DNA from: a virus
Reading direction: 5' to 3' (one strand)
Length of the DNA stretch: 29,599 nt
Virus record (IMG/VR): IMGVR_UViG_3300028568_000037
Shown in pieces: positions 25,382-29,599 of this stretch; the stretch's first letter is position 1, and every line of letters begins with the position of its first letter. A program made the translations under genes and the position numbers. Under the pieces are notes generated by a model. That model was given only the letters and a program-made list of their open reading frames with translations. It searched no databases and was not told the origin of the DNA.

Positions 25382-27969
25382 CCAAAAGGTCTTCTGATTA
25401 TTAATAGCTTAGGCTCAGATTCAGCTACCGTTGAAGAAGCATCTGTAACTGATAAAAACGGTGTTACAGGTAATCCATTTTGCCAAATGTTCATGTCACC
25501 AAAATTGATAAAAGTGTTTTGGGGCAATTGAACATTAACGGAATCTACATAAAAATATGCATTTGTAGTTGTTGCAGATGTAGCGCCATAAATATTTAGT
25601 TTCATTCTGTTAAAGGGCGTAATAGGTGTAAAATTTAAAGATAGTTGTTGCCAAGCCGTTGTACTAGAAGCTGTTACTCTTGTTGACGAGTCAAGATCAT
25701 ATATTACTTCAATTGTAGGATTTATATGTTCTCCGGCATAATAATTAGCGCTATTAATTTTTAACCAAGCAGTCACATTTAATTGTTTATTCATACAATG
25801 ATTTCCGATAGGAATTACTTGTGAAAAAAGCAATGGTCTTTCTGGGTAAAAAGGCTCAAACCTTAGAGAATATTTATCTTCACCTGAAGTATGTACAGTT
25901 GGGTCTTCTAGTTCATAACCACATCTTTGAAATTTTCCAAACGGCGTGTAAGATTTATCTACCTTTGGCTCGTTATTTTCTGCTTCAATTCCAAGAAGAG
26001 AGTTATTAGCACCATCTCTAATATATGTTTCGTGGATAATTAATTTTCCCGAATTTGAACCAGTAGCATATCTAAATACGACATCATAATATAAGCCACC
26101 ATAAAATGATAAATCATTTACGTTAGGTGCAATAGTGCCAAATTTGTCATAATTGCTTCTAAAATTTATTATAGTTTCAGAACCTATATAACCTATCGCA
26201 CATGCACAATAATCAAAATAGTTATTTTCAGATAATCCATTATTTATTTTACTCATTCTAACCGAACCGCCTCCTGTTACAGAAGCAGAATTACCCCAAA
26301 ATACGTTATTAGTCATTAAAAGATCAATACCTCCTGCATATACAAAAGAGTATGTAGAATTTTCAAATGAATTGTTTTTTATATGCACTTTTACATATAC
26401 ACCGGTAGTAGATGCTAAATGAGATACAGTATATTGTGCGCATATTCTATTATCGTTAAATTCCAATAAACCAGAATACCATTTATTGGTTGCTACTGTA
26501 TCAGTATAATACGCTATTGGTTGATATAGCATAGTTTGCCTAAATGAAACATTACGTTTAAAACTCATACCTTCAGGAGGAATTAAACATCCACTAAATG
26601 TATAATACACTGATGTATTATCTGTATACATAATATTATTTTCAATTACGTGTTTATCCCTGTTTGCCGGCAATGCAGGGTAATTATAGTAACTCGTTGC
26701 TACTTGTAACATAAAAACCATTTTTTCTAATTTACAGCCACTAACTTCAAAATAATTCGGGTGTTCTATGTTAAATACCATGTATCCTTGAACGTGTATC
26801 CCATATCCTCTGTCACGATTTATAACTGTGCCGCCGGCATATCGTCTATATGACAATAAATTACTAGTTAATGTAACAGTTGATCCATTTACAGCAGATA
26901 TTTGTTGCCATACAATTGTTCCTTGGCCTCTAAGATATTGTTTCCCTACATATACGTAATCTCCTGGAAACCATTTTCCTGAAACATCTTCTGTCAAATG
27001 AATTACTGGTTGGTTTGCGTTTTCATTTTGTGCTAAAACTGCATAAGCCTGTTCAGGAATTTCCCCGTAAAGAAAAAATGCAGATTTTCCTCTGGAACGT
27101 GCTGATGTTGTTCCCATATATTGTAAAAACCCTGGCACTACTGTTCCATAATCGGGTGTAGTTTTTCGACATATTATTGCCTGTCTATTAAAAGGAATTC
27201 TATCTTCTTCACTGCCAACACGAAACCCTGAAAATGAACCCATGTATATTCTTCCGCCTAATGTTAACGTATAGCTTTCAGCAGGCGGATTTTCCCATTC
27301 TAATAAACATACTCCCGATTTACTTATGTCCATACTACGACATATCCATGCACAAGTTCCAGTAGTAGTTTCTCCTGTTGCCGCAAGTCCTCTTAGTGTT
27401 ATACTTCTATTTATAATAACCTTATCTGCAACAATTAATGTATCTTCATCATTTGCCGTAACAGGATTATCACACCATGTAACATAAGCAGGTGCTAAAC
27501 CATTTGATGTCATTAATTGCCAAATAGATGTTGAACCAACTGCTGTACTTACAGCAACATTGAATCTCCATTTTCCAGCTGTAGTATCTATAGGATACGG
27601 ATTATCAAATTTAAAGGGAACAAAAAAACCAACAAACGAATTCCCTCCCATAGAGTATTCGGGATTTATTTCAGCACAAGTCATATCTTTTACTGCTCTT
27701 GCTGTCCATGTTCCGCCGACATTTTCTTGCAATGTAACTCTAACTCCTCTTGCAGTAGTAACAGCGGATACTGCGTGTAAAGCTAAAATAATTCCGCAAC
27801 AATTTGCATTACTTGTAAAAGTAACATCTATATTTATTTGAGTAGCTATATCTAAAGTAGTAGCACTATATGCGCCTAAGTTATAACTATCTGCTAAATA
27901 AAATGCGCTTGGATCGCTTAAATAAGATGTATAAAAAGGGTTTGAGCTATCTGATACTATTACTGCCAT
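25378..27969 (-). CDS. G8-domain plus right-handed beta-helix protein with a C-terminal carbohydrate-binding-like module; putative receptor-binding or depolymerase virion protein
   Basis: G8-like LTLGGRIYMG...VGSEEDRI, then KWFPGDYVYVG, ISAVNGSTVTLTSNL and VINRDRGYGI; Asn/Ser-rich beta-helix repeats; CBM-like YSLRF...VTAWLK...WQQLSLNFTP; late promoter upstream. Confidence 0.6.
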   Translation of the reverse strand: MAVIVSDSSNPFYTSYLSDPSAFYLADSYNLGAYSATTLDIATQINIDVTFTSNANCCGIILALHAVSAVTTARGVRVTLQENVGGTWTARAVKDMTCAEINPEYSMGGNSFVGFFVPFKFDNPYPIDTTAGKWRFNVAVSTAVGSTSIWQLMTSNGLAPAYVTWCDNPVTANDEDTLIVADKVIINRSITLRGLAATGETTTGTCAWICRSMDISKSGVCLLEWENPPAESYTLTLGGRIYMGSFSGFRVGSEEDRIPFNRQAIICRKTTPDYGTVVPGFLQYMGTTSARSRGKSAFFLYGEIPEQAYAVLAQNENANQPVIHLTEDVSGKWFPGDYVYVGKQYLRGQGTIVWQQISAVNGSTVTLTSNLLSYRRYAGGTVINRDRGYGIHVQGYMVFNIEHPNYFEVSGCKLEKMVFMLQVATSYYNYPALPANRDKHVIENNIMYTDNTSVYYTFSGCLIPPEGMSFKRNVSFRQTMLYQPIAYYTDTVATNKWYSGLLEFNDNRICAQYTVSHLASTTGVYVKVHIKNNSFENSTYSFVYAGGIDLLMTNNVFWGNSASVTGGGSVRMSKINNGLSENNYFDYCACAIGYIGSETIINFRSNYDKFGTIAPNVNDLSFYGGLYYDVVFRYATGSNSGKLIIHETYIRDGANNSLLGIEAENNEPKVDKSYTPFGKFQRCGYELEDPTVHTSGEDKYSLRFEPFYPERPLLFSQVIPIGNHCMNKQLNVTAWLKINSANYYAGEHINPTIEVIYDLDSSTRVTASSTTAWQQLSLNFTPITPFNRMKLNIYGATSATTTNAYFYVDSVNVQLPQNTFINFGDMNIWQNGLPVTPFLSVTDASSTVAESEPKLLIIRRPFG

Positions 27970-27984
27970 GAAAATACAATATTT

Positions 27985-27992
27985 TATTTATA
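27985..27992 (-). promoter_or_regulatory. T4-type late promoter TATAAATA (minus strand)
   Basis: TATTTATA on the plus strand, 15 nt upstream of the minus-strand ATG at 27969. Confidence 0.7.
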
Positions 27993-28062
27993 TATTTAAC
28001 GGATATTGCATAAAATAAGTATCATAAATTTTTTTATTTCGATTATTTTTGTTATATTTGTT

Positions 28063-28099
28063 TTAGATATATAAATAAAAATTAGATATATAAATAAAA
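28063..28099 (+). promoter_or_regulatory. Tandemly duplicated late promoter (18-bp direct repeat TTAGATATATAAATAAAA x2)
   Basis: Copies at 28063-28080 and 28082-28099; TATAAATA at 28070 and 28089. Confidence 0.7.
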
Positions 28100-28111
28100 A
28101 TAAGTTTTAAT

Positions 28112-28963
28112 ATGAAAGCAAAATTAGTTAAAGAATCATTATTTGAGAATATGTCACAAAATTTTATAGAATATTTTGAAGACATGTCTCAGGAAGAAAA
28201 AAACAAAGTTCTAATAAATGCAAGTAAACGTGGTCATACAGAAGTAGTTAAAGTTTTATTAGATGCAGGTGCTGATGTTCATGTTGAAAATGATTGGGCT
28301 TTACAATGGGCAAGTTACTATGGACATATAGAGGTAGTTAAGTTATTGCTAGATGCTGGCGCTGATGTTCATGCTAAAAACGATTTAGCCTTACGATATG
28401 CAAGTGCAAACGGTCATATAGAAGTTGTTAAGTTATTATTAGATGCAGGCGCTGATGTTCATGCTAATGATGATTACGCTTTACGACATGCAAGTGCAAA
28501 CGGTCATATAGAAGTTGTTAAGTTATTATTAGATGCAGGTGCCAGTATTAATGAAGGACGCAGGAATGATAATTCAAAAGTCAAAATAGTTAAAGAATCT
28601 AATGAAGATTTTTTAAAACCTAAAAATATGGAGGATCTTGATCCTATAAATAAAAAAATTTATGATGTTTATAAATACATAAAAGATTTAGGATATGAGG
28701 TACAAATAGAATCTAATTTTTATAATCCCAAAATTAAAGAAATTAGATCAGAAAACTATATTTTATCATATCTTCCAGAAGAAGAAAAAGATTGGAATAC
28801 GCCAGGTATAGATGCTGAATGGGGATGGGCAATTACTAATGATAATGATGGCTATATGGTTATTGAAGGATCTTTTTTATCCACTAATGAAATTATAGAA
28901 ATCTTCGTGGATCTTTTAGATAATGGAGAAATAGCAGAACAAAAATATTTAAGAGAAAACTGA
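28112..28963 (+). CDS. Ankyrin-repeat protein with a MKAKLVKESLFE leader and a second C-terminal module
   Basis: About four 30-aa ankyrin repeats (ASxxGHxEVVKLLLDAGADVH), then SINEG and KVKIVKESNE sites and a further domain; ends at a TGA whose frame stays open downstream. Confidence 0.8.
   Translation: MKAKLVKESLFENMSQNFIEYFEDMSQEEKNKVLINASKRGHTEVVKVLLDAGADVHVENDWALQWASYYGHIEVVKLLLDAGADVHAKNDLALRYASANGHIEVVKLLLDAGADVHANDDYALRHASANGHIEVVKLLLDAGASINEGRRNDNSKVKIVKESNEDFLKPKNMEDLDPINKKIYDVYKYIKDLGYEVQIESNFYNPKIKEIRSENYILSYLPEEEKDWNTPGIDAEWGWAITNDNDGYMVIEGSFLSTNEIIEIFVDLLDNGEIAEQKYLREN
28220..28543 (+). repeat. 90-bp tandem repeats encoding the ankyrin units
   Basis: GCAAGT unit starts at 28220, 28310, 28400 and 28490; units 3 and 4 are identical over 50 nt (28400-28449 and 28490-28539). 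Confidence 0.9.
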
Positions 28964-29599
28964 GGAGGTAGAGGAGCAGGATACGCCGTCTGGGGCGGAG
29001 GAACCGGAAGAAACTTTGGTAACCCATCAATGAGAGGAGGATTTGCAGGAAGAGGATTTGGATTTGGGGGTTCAATGAACCTCTCAGGCGGTCCAAACTT
29101 GATGTACACATACTCAGTAAAACCTCTTAGTCCGGTTTTACAACAACAATTAACACCACAAGATGATAGTAAGTATATTCATGTTGGAAGTAAAATCAAA
29201 GGAAAAATAATGAACACTAACAAAGATATTAAAGGTTCTATAATTAGAATAGAATAGAAGAAGATGAAGATAATAACGTATTATGGTATGTTGTTTTAGA
29301 TGAAGAAGGAAGACAAAGAAGAGTTAATCCAACAAGTGCATACTTAGACGAACCTGAACAAATTATTACACCAAATGTAATGGATATAACTAATGAAAGT
29401 TTTTATCCAAAATTAATTGAAAACTTAAATATATTAGCACCTAAGTCTGAAGATCAAATAAAAAGAGATTTAAAAAATTTATCTCAAGGGGAAAAGGATA
29501 AAGCTTTACTAAAGGCAAATAGAAAAGGTTTTATAAAAATAGCTAAGTTATTAATAGATGCAGGAGCAAATATTCATACCAAAAAAGATTATGCCTTAC
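28964..29599 (+). pseudogene. Interrupted continuation of the ankyrin polyprotein: Gly-rich segment, SH3-like domain and a further ankyrin repeat (3'-truncated)
   Basis: In frame after TGA 28961: GGRGAGYAVWGGG...KGSIIRIE, stopping at TAG 29255. Deleting one TAGAA of the TAGAA x3 run (29245-29259) continues as EDEDNNVLWYVVLDEEGRQRRVNP...ITNES...KANRKGFIKIAKLLIDAGANIH. Confidence 0.6.

Noticed and set aside
28220-28543. Diversity-generating retroelement template/variable repeat pair in the ankyrin repeats
   Set aside because: Differences are not confined to adenines (e.g. GCA versus TAC), all copies are in-frame coding units, and there is no reverse transcriptase in the window.
28961-29010. 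Selenocysteine insertion at the TGA
   Set aside because: Only a weak CGCC/GGCG hairpin follows, and the Gly-rich context is not a redox motif.
950-29111. Other short overlapping ORFs in the track (e.g. 950-1162, 2140-2340, 2259-2651, 5058-5288, 7955-8230, 10788-10973, 11819-12088, 18813-19037, 20315-20497, 21368-21574, 22484-22693, 23944-24147, 24410-24598, 25821-26009, 27560-27841, 28852-29109, 28893-29111)
   Set aside because: Nested in or antisense to well-supported genes, with no motifs or expression signals.
1-29599. Genome-wide stop-codon reassignment (code 4, 15 or 25)
   Set aside because: All conserved genes are intact under code 11, TGG is used for Trp, and the TAG at 18646 acts as a real stop. 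Only the one locus at 28961-29257 is interrupted.

Overview
Strongly AT-rich segment of a large T4-like (jumbo-type) tailed dsDNA phage, read in the standard genetic code. The host is probably Bacteroidota, inferred from the Bacteroidota-type NrdJ, two signal-peptide proteins of Bacteroidota style and the absence of Shine-Dalgarno sites. The window holds a T4-like replication/recombination module (gp32 SSB, gp61 primase, UvsY, UvsW, and only the N-terminal half of a split family B DNA polymerase) and nucleotide-metabolism genes (dUTPase, a deoxyribosyltransferase-like protein, a SLOG protein, and a class II ribonucleotide reductase carrying an atypical Gln-terminated intein). A large block of genes sits behind T4-type late promoters (TATAAATA), and many of their products share short leaders ending in hydrophobic-X-Glu that resemble capsid-targeting/prohead-protease sites. 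The most interesting observations are: (1) a probable set of virion-packaged, protease-processed cargo proteins and polyproteins; (2) two copies of a ligase-fold plus HIGH-nucleotidyltransferase pairing, one as adjacent genes and one fused and degenerate; (3) a ~290-nt multi-hairpin non-coding element upstream of the split polymerase; (4) a sharp high-GC3 tract immediately downstream of the intein; (5) an ankyrin polyprotein interrupted by an in-frame TGA and a TAGAA x3 microsatellite frameshift. All family assignments come from motif recognition by eye; no database search was run.
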